Source of the DNA: Bacteroidales bacterium
Lineage (GTDB): Bacteria; Bacteroidota; Bacteroidia; Bacteroidales; UBA1715
DNA: 64,000 nt
Assembly: GCA_031286165.1 (NCBI GenBank)
Contig: JAITUU010000001.1
Span: 15,189 to 79,188, forward strand
Direction: 5' to 3'
Shown here piece by piece: positions 28,935-37,572 of this stretch. The notes beneath the pieces were generated by a model. That model worked only from the letters and a program-made list of their open reading frames with translations. It had not been told where the DNA came from and made no database searches. The number at the start of each line of letters is the position of its first letter. Within the stretch, counting starts at the first letter, position 1. Position numbers and translations under genes: made by a program.

Positions 28935-29591
28935 ATGACAAAATTCAATTTGAACGACAAAGCAAAAAATACGCAATTATTTGAATATGTGAATATTGCA
29001 ATGCTGAATGACCACTCGTTGAACCTTGTGGCGGTGGAAAATCGCAGCCTTGATTTTCATATTCATGCCGATTCCGATGAAATGTTTCTGGTGGTGGAGG
29101 GCGAAATGGAGATGGAATTTCGCGACCGTTTGGAGCATTTGTCGGTGGGCGATTGTATTATTGTTCCTCGCGGAACGGAGCACCGCCCTGTTTGCACTGC
29201 GCTTGTAAAATGTCTGTTGATTGAAAAAGAGGGTACGCTCACCAACGAAAACACGGGTGGAACCTATCAAAAATGCAATAGTTTGGAAGACGTTCGCACA
29301 CAGATTGACAGGATTGATACCGAGATAGTGCGCTTGATTGCCGAGCGAGGCAGTTTTGTGAAACAAGCCGCCACATTCAAGAAAGATAACAACGCAGTGC
29401 AGGCTCCGCAGCGCGTGGAGGCGGTCATTCAAAAAGTGCGTTCGCAATCCGAAACACTGGGCGCAAACGCCGATGTGGTGGAAAAACTCTATCGCGAAAT
29501 GATTGCCGGTTTTGTGAAAATGGAGTTGAATGAGTTTGAAAAGCGCAAAAAATACGAAATCGAACAAGCCGATAAAGAAGATTTGGAATAA
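28935..29591 (+). CDS. cupin domain fused to AroQ-type chorismate mutase domain
   Basis: Cupin motifs FHIHADSDEMFLVVEGEMEMEF and PRGTEHRP. The C-terminal helical CM-like region is LEDVRTQIDRIDTEIVRLIAERGSFVKQAATFK ... VEKLYREMI. Confidence 0.7.
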   Translation: MTKFNLNDKAKNTQLFEYVNIAMLNDHSLNLVAVENRSLDFHIHADSDEMFLVVEGEMEMEFRDRLEHLSVGDCIIVPRGTEHRPVCTALVKCLLIEKEGTLTNENTGGTYQKCNSLEDVRTQIDRIDTEIVRLIAERGSFVKQAATFKKDNNAVQAPQRVEAVIQKVRSQSETLGANADVVEKLYREMIAGFVKMELNEFEKRKKYEIEQADKEDLE

Positions 29592-29689
29592 TTGAAACAC
29601 AGAGAAAACAAACTGAAAAAACGCAGATTTTTCACCGAAAACAGTGAAAAATCTGCGTTAATCCGAATGTATGTATATTGAAAAAAATC

Positions 29690-31087
29690 TTACATCAAAT
29701 CGCGAGGGTCGGTGAGTTTGCCGGTAATGGCGGCAGCGGCGGCTACGAGCGGGCTGGCGAGAATGGTGCGTGCGCCCGGTCCTTGTCGTCCTTCAAAATT
29801 GCGGTTCGAGGTAGAAACGGCATATTTTCCGGCAGGCACTTTGTCTTCGTTCATGGCAAGGCACGCTGAGCAACCGGGTTGGCGAATTTCCATACCGGCA
29901 TCTGCCAAAATTTTGTCGATGCCCTCTTCGCGAATTTGCTTATCCACCAACCACGAACCCGGAACTACCCACACTACCACGTTGTCGGCTTTCTTTTTGC
30001 CTTTCACAAAGTTGGCAAATTGGCGGAAATCCTCGATACGTCCGTTGGTGCAACTGCCTATGAACACATAGTCTATCGCTTTGCCCACGATTTTTTCGCC
30101 GGCTTTGAAGCCCATATATTCGAGCGATTTTTCGTAAGACGAGCGACCTGCTTCGTCCACCGTGTCGAGTGCCGGAATGGTGTCGTTAATTCCCATACCC
30201 ATACCCGGATTGGTGCCATACGTTACCATTGGTTCTATATCTTTGGCGTAAAAAGTGAGTTCTTTGTCGAATTTCGCGCCTTCGTCCGTTTTGAGCGTTT
30301 TCCAATAGGCGAGTTTTTTCTCCCACTCTTCGCCTTTGGGAGCAAATTCGCGTCCTTTAATATAGGTAAAGGTGGTTTCGTCCGGCGCAATCATACCGCC
30401 GCGTGCACCCATTTCTATGGAAAGGTTGCACAAAGTTAAACGTTCTTCCATAGTCATGGCACGTACCACCTCGCCGGCATATTCCACAAAATAACCGGTA
30501 GCACCGCCGGTGGTAAGTTGGGCAATCATATACAGAGCCACGTCTTTGGCAGTAACGCCTTTGGAGAGTTTTCCCTCAAAATTGATGCGCATGGTTTTTG
30601 GTCGCGATTGAAACACGCACTGCGTAGCAAGCACCATTTCCACTTCCGAAGTACCGATACCGAAAGCAATAGCCCCCATAGCACCGTGCGTAGAAGTATG
30701 TGAATCGCCGCACACCATAGTCATACCCGGCAGCGAAAGTCCGTTTTCGGGACCCACAATGTGAATCACGCCGTTTTTCGGGTGTCCGATAGGGTAGTAG
30801 TTCACGCCAAACTCTTTGGCATTGCGGTCGAGTGTATCCACTTGATGGCGCGACACCGGGTCGGCAATCGCTTTGTCTTGGTTTAGGGTAGGAATGTTGT
30901 GGTCGGGCATACAAGTAATCTGCTGCGGACGAAACACTTTCAAACCGCGCTGGCGCAACCCCTCAAATGCTTGCGGGCTGGTAACTTCGTGGCAATACAT
31001 ACGGTCGATGTAGAGTTGTGTGGGTCCGTCCGTAACTTCGGTTACAATGTGTGCGTCCCAAATTTTGTCGAATAATGTTTTTGACAT
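29690..31087 (-). CDS. leuC: 3-isopropylmalate dehydratase large subunit (aconitase family)
   Basis: 465 aa. Fe-S ligand motifs [24 protein letters not shown] and [12 protein letters not shown]. Confidence 0.88.
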   Translation of the reverse strand: MSKTLFDKIWDAHIVTEVTDGPTQLYIDRMYCHEVTSPQAFEGLRQRGLKVFRPQQITCMPDHNIPTLNQDKAIADPVSRHQVDTLDRNAKEFGVNYYPIGHPKNGVIHIVGPENGLSLPGMTMVCGDSHTSTHGAMGAIAFGIGTSEVEMVLATQCVFQSRPKTMRINFEGKLSKGVTAKDVALYMIAQLTTGGATGYFVEYAGEVVRAMTMEERLTLCNLSIEMGARGGMIAPDETTFTYIKGREFAPKGEEWEKKLAYWKTLKTDEGAKFDKELTFYAKDIEPMVTYGTNPGMGMGINDTIPALDTVDEAGRSSYEKSLEYMGFKAGEKIVGKAIDYVFIGSCTNGRIEDFRQFANFVKGKKKADNVVVWVVPGSWLVDKQIREEGIDKILADAGMEIRQPGCSACLAMNEDKVPAGKYAVSTSNRNFEGRQGPGARTILASPLVAAAAAITGKLTDPRDLM

Positions 31088-31253
31088 ATTTGTAGTTTTT
31101 TGAGTCAGAATAGTATGTTATAATTTGCTCGCAAAGGTAGAAATTTTTATGCAAAAGCAAACGTTTCGAGCATAAAACAAGTACGAAAAGTGCTGCGAAT
31201 ACTAAAAAAAAGTATTTTTACTCTCATTATTGCCCATATAAAATACTGTGCGT

Positions 31254-31805
31254 ATGGAAAAAGAAACAGTTATAATCAAGAAATTAAAGGTTGAAAATGC
31301 CGAAGAAGTTGTCTTTGTGAAAAAAGTATATACCGAAGCCTTTCCGGAGGGCGAGCGGCGCGACATGGAAGATATGTTGCGCTTATATACATTGAATGAG
31401 GGATTTACAATTCTTGTGATTATTTCCGACAATGGGCAGTTGGTAGGTTTTTTAACATATTGGGATTTGGGTGATTTTGTGTATGCCGAGCATTTTGCAA
31501 TTTCTTCGGAATTTCGTAATGGCGGATACGGGAAACGGGTAATGGAAGGGTTTCTTGCGCAGATTTCGCACCCAATAGTGATAGAAGTGGAGCCGCCAAC
31601 TACAGAAATCGCCATGCGGCGGATTCAGTTTTATACTCGCTTGGGATTTATTTTATGGGAAAATTTAGGATATTGTCAGCCGCCTTATCGTATTGGAGAA
31701 CAAGCACTTGCAATGGATTTGATGACGTGGGGAGAAATAGATATTGCAAAAAACTTTCAAAAAATTACAGAAAATATATACCAAAACGTGTATAAGGTGC
31801 GTTAA
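31254..31805 (+). CDS. GNAT-family N-acetyltransferase
   Basis: Acetyl-CoA binding motif FAISSEFRNGGYGKRVMEGF. First ATG at 31254. Confidence 0.75.
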   Translation: MEKETVIIKKLKVENAEEVVFVKKVYTEAFPEGERRDMEDMLRLYTLNEGFTILVIISDNGQLVGFLTYWDLGDFVYAEHFAISSEFRNGGYGKRVMEGFLAQISHPIVIEVEPPTTEIAMRRIQFYTRLGFILWENLGYCQPPYRIGEQALAMDLMTWGEIDIAKNFQKITENIYQNVYKVR

Positions 31806-31941
31806 TGAAACATATACGAACAATAAAAAAAATATCATTTCAAGATGTTGTTAATCATAGATTTAGGTGATAGTGAGCGAAAAAATGCTGAAATTTTCGC
31901 AAAAACTTTGCATTTGGGTATTTTTTATGAAAAATAGTTGT

Positions 31942-31949
31942 TATATTTG
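31942..31949 (+). promoter_or_regulatory. putative -7 promoter box
   Basis: TATATTTG, 82 nt upstream of the porP/sprF-like ATG. Confidence 0.4.
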
Positions 31950-32030
31950 CAGTTATTGTAGAGATAGAAAGAAAAGAATAAAAATTCGCCACAGATAAAA
32001 ATAGTAGATGTTTCTTTAACATTAGAGAGT

Positions 32031-33197
32031 ATGAAAAAAATATACAAACTTACACTTCTCATAATTTCCGTACATTGCTTTGCAACTGTTTTTGCGCAAG
32101 ACCCTAACTTTTCGCAATTTTATTTGAAAGAAATGTATTACAATCCGGGTTTTATAGGTATCAATCCGGGTTTGCGAGGAACAGTAACCGACCGCCATTT
32201 GTGGACAAACGTGCCGGGCGAGTGGGGAACTCAGAGTATTTCGGTTGATTTCTTCGACCAAAAATTTGCGCAGGGCGGTATTGGTGCCATTGTTACTCGT
32301 AATTCACAGGGAAATGGCAATATCAATACATTCACCGGCGGAATTGGTTATGCAAAGCAACTTCGATTTACTCCCGACTTTTTAATGCAATTAGGAGGTA
32401 TAGTAAATTATGTTCAAAAATCGGTGGATTGGAGTACGTTTTCATTTGTTGATGAATTTGACCCTCGTTTCGGTAGAATTTACGAAACAGAATTTGTGCC
32501 TCCTTTTGGCGGCGAGGGCAGAGACCGCGTAGGAGCCTTCGATTTCAGCGCAGGTTTGGTGGCTCGTTTCAATATTCGTAAAAATCCGGTGCGCTACATT
32601 GCTGCCAATACGGTGGGTATTGCTTTTCACCACTTATCGCAACCCGATATTTCGTGGCTCGATGATGAAACAGCCCGCTTGCCTATGAAAGTGAACATTC
32701 ATGCAACGTCTTCACTTCGTTTCGATAGAAAAGGTTTTTATAACAAATTCTTTTTGATAACTCCCGGCGTGTTGTACGAAAATCAAACGCCAACTCACTT
32801 GTGGTTCAAAGGAACAGAGGCAGGAGCGCAAACACTTTCGTTCGGTTTGAATGCCGTAATTCCTTCGCAGTTATCGTTTATGAGTTCATTGCAAGCAGGT
32901 TTGTGGGTGCGTAAAATGTACTACAAACGCGAATCACTTGCCGATGTAGCAAATTCGCTTCGCAACAAAACCTTCGATTCTATGATATTTACGCTGGGAT
33001 ATATGAAGGCTTCGCGCGATAACAAACGAACATATCAAATTGTGTATAGTTACGATATGACAATTTCACAAGCAGGATTGGGTACAGGCGGTTCGCACGA
33101 AATTACCTTGAATTTTGAAATTCACGATTTGGCGTTGCCAAGTTCTAAACAGCACATTGGTGCGGTACCTCACCCGAACGACAGATTTATGCGATAG
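32031..33197 (+). CDS. type IX secretion system membrane protein, PorP/SprF family
   Basis: Signal peptide, then QDPNFSQFYLKEMYYNPGFIGINPG, the hallmark PorP/SprF N-terminus. Confidence 0.85.
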   Translation: MKKIYKLTLLIISVHCFATVFAQDPNFSQFYLKEMYYNPGFIGINPGLRGTVTDRHLWTNVPGEWGTQSISVDFFDQKFAQGGIGAIVTRNSQGNGNINTFTGGIGYAKQLRFTPDFLMQLGGIVNYVQKSVDWSTFSFVDEFDPRFGRIYETEFVPPFGGEGRDRVGAFDFSAGLVARFNIRKNPVRYIAANTVGIAFHHLSQPDISWLDDETARLPMKVNIHATSSLRFDRKGFYNKFFLITPGVLYENQTPTHLWFKGTEAGAQTLSFGLNAVIPSQLSFMSSLQAGLWVRKMYYKRESLADVANSLRNKTFDSMIFTLGYMKASRDNKRTYQIVYSYDMTISQAGLGTGGSHEITLNFEIHDLALPSSKQHIGAVPHPNDRFMR

Positions 33198-33226
33198 TAT
33201 TCATTGTTCACTAAATGATAAGGAAG

Positions 33227-33248
33227 GAGACGCAAGTCTCTTTTTTTT
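33227..33248 (+). terminator. weak intrinsic terminator
   Basis: GAGAC-GCAA-GTCTC followed by eight T. Confidence 0.45.
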
Positions 33249-33268
33249 ATGGCATATACAATATATAT

Positions 33269-33919
33269 ATGTATAGAAAAATAATTTTCATATTCGGATT
33301 GTTTGTTTCCTTCGCGCTTTGTGCGCAGCAAACTACGTTTCGCATAGCCGTAGTAAAATACGGCGGTGGCGGCGATTGGTATGCCAATCCTACATCGCTA
33401 CCCAATTTGGCGAAATTTTGCAATAAAGAATTGCGCACAAATATTCAAACTTCTACGGTGGAAGTGGGTAGCCCCGATATATGTAATTATGCCATGCTGC
33501 ACCTTACGGGTCATGGCAATGTGCTGTTTTCCAATACCGAAGTGCAGAATTTACGCGCGTATTTGATAAGCGGCGGTTTTTTGCATATAGACGATAATTA
33601 CGGACTAGACCCGGCAATTCGCCGCGAAATGAAAAAAGTATTTCCGGAATTGGATTTTGTGGAACTTCCCGCTTCGCACGAAATCTATCAAAAACCATTT
33701 AGTTTTCCCAAAGGATTACCAAAAATTCACGAACACGATAATAAACCGGCTCAGGGATTTGCGCTTGTGTGGCAGGGGCGCGTGGTGTGTTTTTACAGTT
33801 ACGAAAGTGATTTGGGCGATGGCTGGGAAGATACTGCCGTACACAGCGATAGCGAAGATACTCGCTTAAAAGCACACCGCATGGGTGCCAATATTGTGAG
33901 TTTTATGAGTACGAATTAA
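33269..33919 (+). CDS. DUF4159 domain protein
   Basis: Signal peptide MYRKIIFIFGLFVSFALCAQQ, then FRIAVVKYGGGGDWYANPTSLPNL and LHLTGHGNVLFS ... GGFLHIDDNYGLD, typical of DUF4159. Confidence 0.75.
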   Translation: MYRKIIFIFGLFVSFALCAQQTTFRIAVVKYGGGGDWYANPTSLPNLAKFCNKELRTNIQTSTVEVGSPDICNYAMLHLTGHGNVLFSNTEVQNLRAYLISGGFLHIDDNYGLDPAIRREMKKVFPELDFVELPASHEIYQKPFSFPKGLPKIHEHDNKPAQGFALVWQGRVVCFYSYESDLGDGWEDTAVHSDSEDTRLKAHRMGANIVSFMSTN

Positions 33920-35149
33920 TTATTTCATGCTCGCAATGCGAGTGCCAGCCATAATTACCTTGCTTTGATTGGCAAAGGAACTGAGGCGCACAAATCCTCG
34001 TCCGTGAGGACCGAAACGCTCACCCGGAGAGGATAGTATGTAGCAATCGTTGAGCAATTTATCGAAGAGTTTCCATGAAGAATCGTAGGGCGATTCTACC
34101 CAAATATACGGAGAATTGACCCCTCCCCAGAATTTCAAACCGGCATCGGTAAGTGCTTGACGCAAAATTGCGGCGTTCGACATATAATAATCCACATTTT
34201 CGCGTACCCATTTCAGTCCCGCTTGGCTAAATAGTGCTTCGGCTCCACGCTGAATAATGTAAGGCGGTGTGTAGTTTTTTATCATCAACCGTCTGCGCCA
34301 CAGTGCGTTGAGGTTTGCGCCCTTATCGGCTATGTAGGAATATCCCGAAAGTGTTTTGGGAATAATGGCGTAGCCGCAATTCAAACCCGTAAATCCTGCA
34401 TTTTTCGAGAAACTGCGAAATTCTATGGCTACTTTTTTCGCATCTTTTATTTCATAAATCGTTTGTGGAATTTCGGGATTGGTAACAAACGATTTGTAGG
34501 TGGCATCGAAGAGAATTAAAATATCGTTTTTCAAGGCATATTGCACCCATTTTTCGAGAATTTCGCGGGTCATTACGCAGCCGGTGGGGTTGTTGGGGTA
34601 ACTCATGTAAATTATGTCGGGGCGCAATTTGGGAAATTCCGGCATAAAATCGTTTTCTTTTTTACATTCCAAATACACAATATGGCTCCACTGTAAATTT
34701 TCGTTCAAATCACCGGCGCGATTACCTATCACATTCGATTCTATGTATTCCTGCGATACAGGGTCTATAACGGCTATGCGATTGTCGCGGCACAAAATAT
34801 CGCCAAATCCTGCAAGATTTTCTTTCGTGCCATGATTGATAAATACTTCATCGGGCGCAATTTTTATTTTGTAATTTTTGAAATTGTATTTCAAAATAGC
34901 ATCTATCAAAAACGGATAGCCTTCCACCGGTCCGCGACCTTGAAAGGTAGTTTCATCGCCCATTTCGGCTATTGCTTTGTGCATAGCCTCCATTACACAA
35001 GGTGCAAGCGGACGAATAACATCGCCGCTACTGAGGTTTATCAATTTTTTATCGCGGTTGATAGCCTGAAATTGATTGACCTTTTTGTCGATTTTGTTTT
35101 GAATTTCGTCATTCACGACTTTCAAAAACGGGGTATTGATGAGTGCCAT
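33920..35149 (-). CDS. dapL: LL-diaminopimelate aminotransferase
   Basis: 409-aa class I aminotransferase with PLP-lysine motif RSFSKNAGFTG. The N-terminal region and length match DapL as found in Bacteroidota and Chlamydiae. Confidence 0.75.
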   Translation of the reverse strand: MALINTPFLKVVNDEIQNKIDKKVNQFQAINRDKKLINLSSGDVIRPLAPCVMEAMHKAIAEMGDETTFQGRGPVEGYPFLIDAILKYNFKNYKIKIAPDEVFINHGTKENLAGFGDILCRDNRIAVIDPVSQEYIESNVIGNRAGDLNENLQWSHIVYLECKKENDFMPEFPKLRPDIIYMSYPNNPTGCVMTREILEKWVQYALKNDILILFDATYKSFVTNPEIPQTIYEIKDAKKVAIEFRSFSKNAGFTGLNCGYAIIPKTLSGYSYIADKGANLNALWRRRLMIKNYTPPYIIQRGAEALFSQAGLKWVRENVDYYMSNAAILRQALTDAGLKFWGGVNSPYIWVESPYDSSWKLFDKLLNDCYILSSPGERFGPHGRGFVRLSSFANQSKVIMAGTRIASMK

Positions 35150-35262
35150 ACTGTTCGTGTGTTACTATTGGTGGTTCAAAGATAGTAGAAACAATACAAT
35201 ATAAACGGTGTTTGTACTATTCATGTTTTGTACCATACTACAATTACGCAATTCACGTAAGG

Positions 35263-36792
35263 TTATTCCCATTCTACGGTTGCCGGCGGTTTGCTGGTAA
35301 TGTCATATACTATGCGGCTCACGTTTGCCAATTCACCGGTAATGCGTGAAGATATTTTACTCAATACTTTGTGAGAAATCGGTGTGTATTCGCAGGTCAT
35401 AAAATCGCTGGTGGTTACGGCACGCACAGCCACTACGTAGTCGTAGGTACGGTGGTCGCCTTTCACACCCACCGAACGAGTGTCGGTAAGTACGGCGAAA
35501 TATTGTTGCGGTTTTTTTCGTAATTTTCCGATTTCTTCGCACACTATGTGGTCGGCTCGTTGGAGCAGGTCGAGTTTTGCTTGGGTAATATCGCCCATAA
35601 TGCGAATAGCCAATCCGGGACCCGGAAAGGGCTGGCGATAGACAAGCGAATCGGGCAAGCCGAGCATTTTTCCTATAATGCGCACTTCGTCTTTGAATAA
35701 ACCCGAAAGAGGTTCTACAATTCCTTCAAATTTGTGATTATCGGGCAATCCGCCCACATTGTGGTGGCTTTTTATGGTGTCGCCAAATTCGCCGCCCGAT
35801 TCTATAATATCGGGATAAATAGTGCCTTGCGCCAAAAACTCTATGTCGCCGAGTTTACTTGATTCGTCTTCAAACACGCGCACAAATTCCGCGCCTATAA
35901 TTTTGCGTTTTTCTTCGGGGCTGCTAATTCCTTTCAGTTTTTTCAAAAAGCGGTCGGCAGCATTTACGCGAATAAAATGCAGTTTCTTTTTCGAGAAAAT
36001 TGCCTCAATTGCATCGCCTTCTTTGTAACGCATAAGTCCGTGGTCCACAAAAATGCAGGTGAGTTGCTCGCCAATGGCTTTGGAAAGCAGCGCGGCGCAC
36101 ACCGAAGAATCTACGCCGCCCGAAAGTCCGAGTAGCACTCGTTTGGTTCCCACCGCTTGGCGAATTGCTTTTACGCGAGTTTCTATATAATCGTCCAACC
36201 GATAACTACCAGCGGCTTTACATACGTTGAATAAAAAATTGTGCATTACTTTTTCGCCGTCATCGCTCAATTCCACTTCGGGGTGAAATTGCACGGCGTA
36301 TAGATTGCGCGACACGTTTTCGCAGGCGGCGTTTTGGCAATGTGCCGTAGATGCCGTGCGCACAAATCCTTGCGGAAGTTGTGTAACTTGGTCGGTGTGG
36401 CTCATAAGCATTCGCGCAGGCGATTTCACACCTTGCATTAACACCGAATTGTGAGCCACTGTATTTGTTTCTATTCGTCCGTATTCGCCCACGTTGGGCG
36501 TTTCTACACGTCCGCCAAGTGAGAAGCACATGGTTTGCATACCGTAGCAAATTCCTAAAATAGGAATACCGAGTTCAAAAATGGCAGGGTCGCACTTGGG
36601 CGAAGTTTCCAAATATGCACTATTTGGTCCGCCGGTGAGAATAATTCCTATGGGATTGAATTTTTTTACTTCCTCAGCCGAAATTTTTCCTGATTTTATT
36701 TCAGAATATACATTCAATCGGCGTGTCATGCGCGAAATCAATTCTTTGTATTGACCGCCGAAATCTAAAATGAGAACAAGTTCATTTTTCAT
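35263..36792 (-). CDS. guaA: GMP synthase (glutamine-hydrolysing)
   Basis: GATase motif LGICYGMQ, ATP-PPase P-loop LSGGVDSS and the C-terminus PPATVEWE. ATG at 36792. Confidence 0.93.
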   Translation of the reverse strand: MKNELVLILDFGGQYKELISRMTRRLNVYSEIKSGKISAEEVKKFNPIGIILTGGPNSAYLETSPKCDPAIFELGIPILGICYGMQTMCFSLGGRVETPNVGEYGRIETNTVAHNSVLMQGVKSPARMLMSHTDQVTQLPQGFVRTASTAHCQNAACENVSRNLYAVQFHPEVELSDDGEKVMHNFLFNVCKAAGSYRLDDYIETRVKAIRQAVGTKRVLLGLSGGVDSSVCAALLSKAIGEQLTCIFVDHGLMRYKEGDAIEAIFSKKKLHFIRVNAADRFLKKLKGISSPEEKRKIIGAEFVRVFEDESSKLGDIEFLAQGTIYPDIIESGGEFGDTIKSHHNVGGLPDNHKFEGIVEPLSGLFKDEVRIIGKMLGLPDSLVYRQPFPGPGLAIRIMGDITQAKLDLLQRADHIVCEEIGKLRKKPQQYFAVLTDTRSVGVKGDHRTYDYVVAVRAVTTSDFMTCEYTPISHKVLSKISSRITGELANVSRIVYDITSKPPATVEWE

Positions 36793-36864
36793 TGTTTGTT
36801 GTTTTTGAATACGGCACAAATGTACAACTTTTTACCGTGATTGCAGCACTACAATGAATACATT

Positions 36865-37258
36865 TTACTTCACAACTTTCTCCACCTGTCCATTAGCATA
36901 TTTCACAAGAAACATTCCTCGTTCGGGCGCGTTCACAAGTTTTTGACCGAGCAGATTGTAGTAGCCGACAATGGTTTTTTTCGTTTGCCGAAATTGTTTT
37001 TACGCCCACTGTTGCTTGGACAATAAGAAACCAGCGGTTGAGCCGAAACGAAATGCGGAGATTACCGAAGGGTTTTTCCTTGTGAATTTTTTGAAGAAGA
37101 AGGGCGCACAGAGCAGTCAAGAGCATATAGAACGCCCCAAAAATCATATAGGAAATTTTCTGCACATCGCGTATGCCAAGCAAAATAGCCACGCCTGCCG
37201 CTGCCCAACTCAGCAAGCAGGTCAAAACAATCCATTGCATTGCTCTTTTCATGTTCAA
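36865..37258 (-). pseudogene. decayed gene remnants: CPBP-protease-like N-terminal fragment joined out of frame to a T9SS C-terminal sorting-domain fragment
   Basis: Frame A (37258 down to about 37000) gives MNMKRAMQWIVLTCLLSWAAAGVAILLG ... FGNLRISFRLNRWFLI, a CPBP-like N-terminus. Frame B (37002-36865) gives KKTIVGYYNLLGQKLVNAPERGMFLVKYANGQVEKVVK*, a T9SS CTD-like end. Confidence 0.55.
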
Positions 37259-37376
37259 AAAAATGAGGTTTATCTTGATTTATTCAAACGCAAAGGTAAA
37301 TAATATCCGCCACTAATTACGCGGATTTACACAAAAATGTCTGCTGTCGAGTTAATTCTAATTCTCAAAGAATATT

Positions 37377-37473
37377 TAGTGCACTTTAAAAACAAAAAAA
37401 CAATAAAAGTAGTGCAGTTTATGAACAAAAAATAATAAAAATAGCGCAGTTTGGAAATTGAAAACAAAGAAAT
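37377..37473. repeat. three tandem 32-33-bp direct repeats
   Basis: TAGTGCACTTTAAAAACAAAAAAACAATAAAAG / TAGTGCAGTTTATGAACAAAAAATAATAAAAA / TAGCGCAGTTTGGAAATTGAAAACAAAGAAAT. The units start at 37377, 37410 and 37442. Confidence 0.8.
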
Positions 37474-37572
37474 GCTCCGGAGAAAAATTCTGATATAAAA
37501 GTTTTTACACCTATACCGAAAAAAGTTGTATTTACTATTTGAATTTGCCTTGATTATCGGTAAAACCGCTCG

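Noticed and set aside
27813-28960. Long N-terminal extensions in the ORF track (27813-28298 and 28226-28960)
   Set aside because: The extensions overlap the neighbouring gene or consist of low-complexity K/N-rich sequence. Internal ATGs (28199 and 28720) give N-termini typical of the CMD and PNPOx-like families.
28977-29600. 207-aa minus-strand ORF
   Set aside because: It lies antisense to the cupin-chorismate mutase gene and has no motifs.
33917-33922. Stop-to-stop abutment of the convergent DUF4159 and dapL genes (TAA|TTA) as a special signal
   Set aside because: It is simply tight packing of convergent genes. No structure or repeat is present.
37337-37435. 32-codon plus-strand ORF (MSAVELILILKEYLVHFKNKKTIKVVQFMNKK) spanning repeats 1-2
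   Set aside because: It is very short, lies in repetitive A-rich DNA, and has no RBS or promoter evidence.
37377-37473. The three tandem repeats as a mini CRISPR array
   Set aside because: There are only three units and the conserved core is just 11 nt. The 'spacers' are A-rich and resemble each other. There are no cas genes and no palindromic repeat structure.
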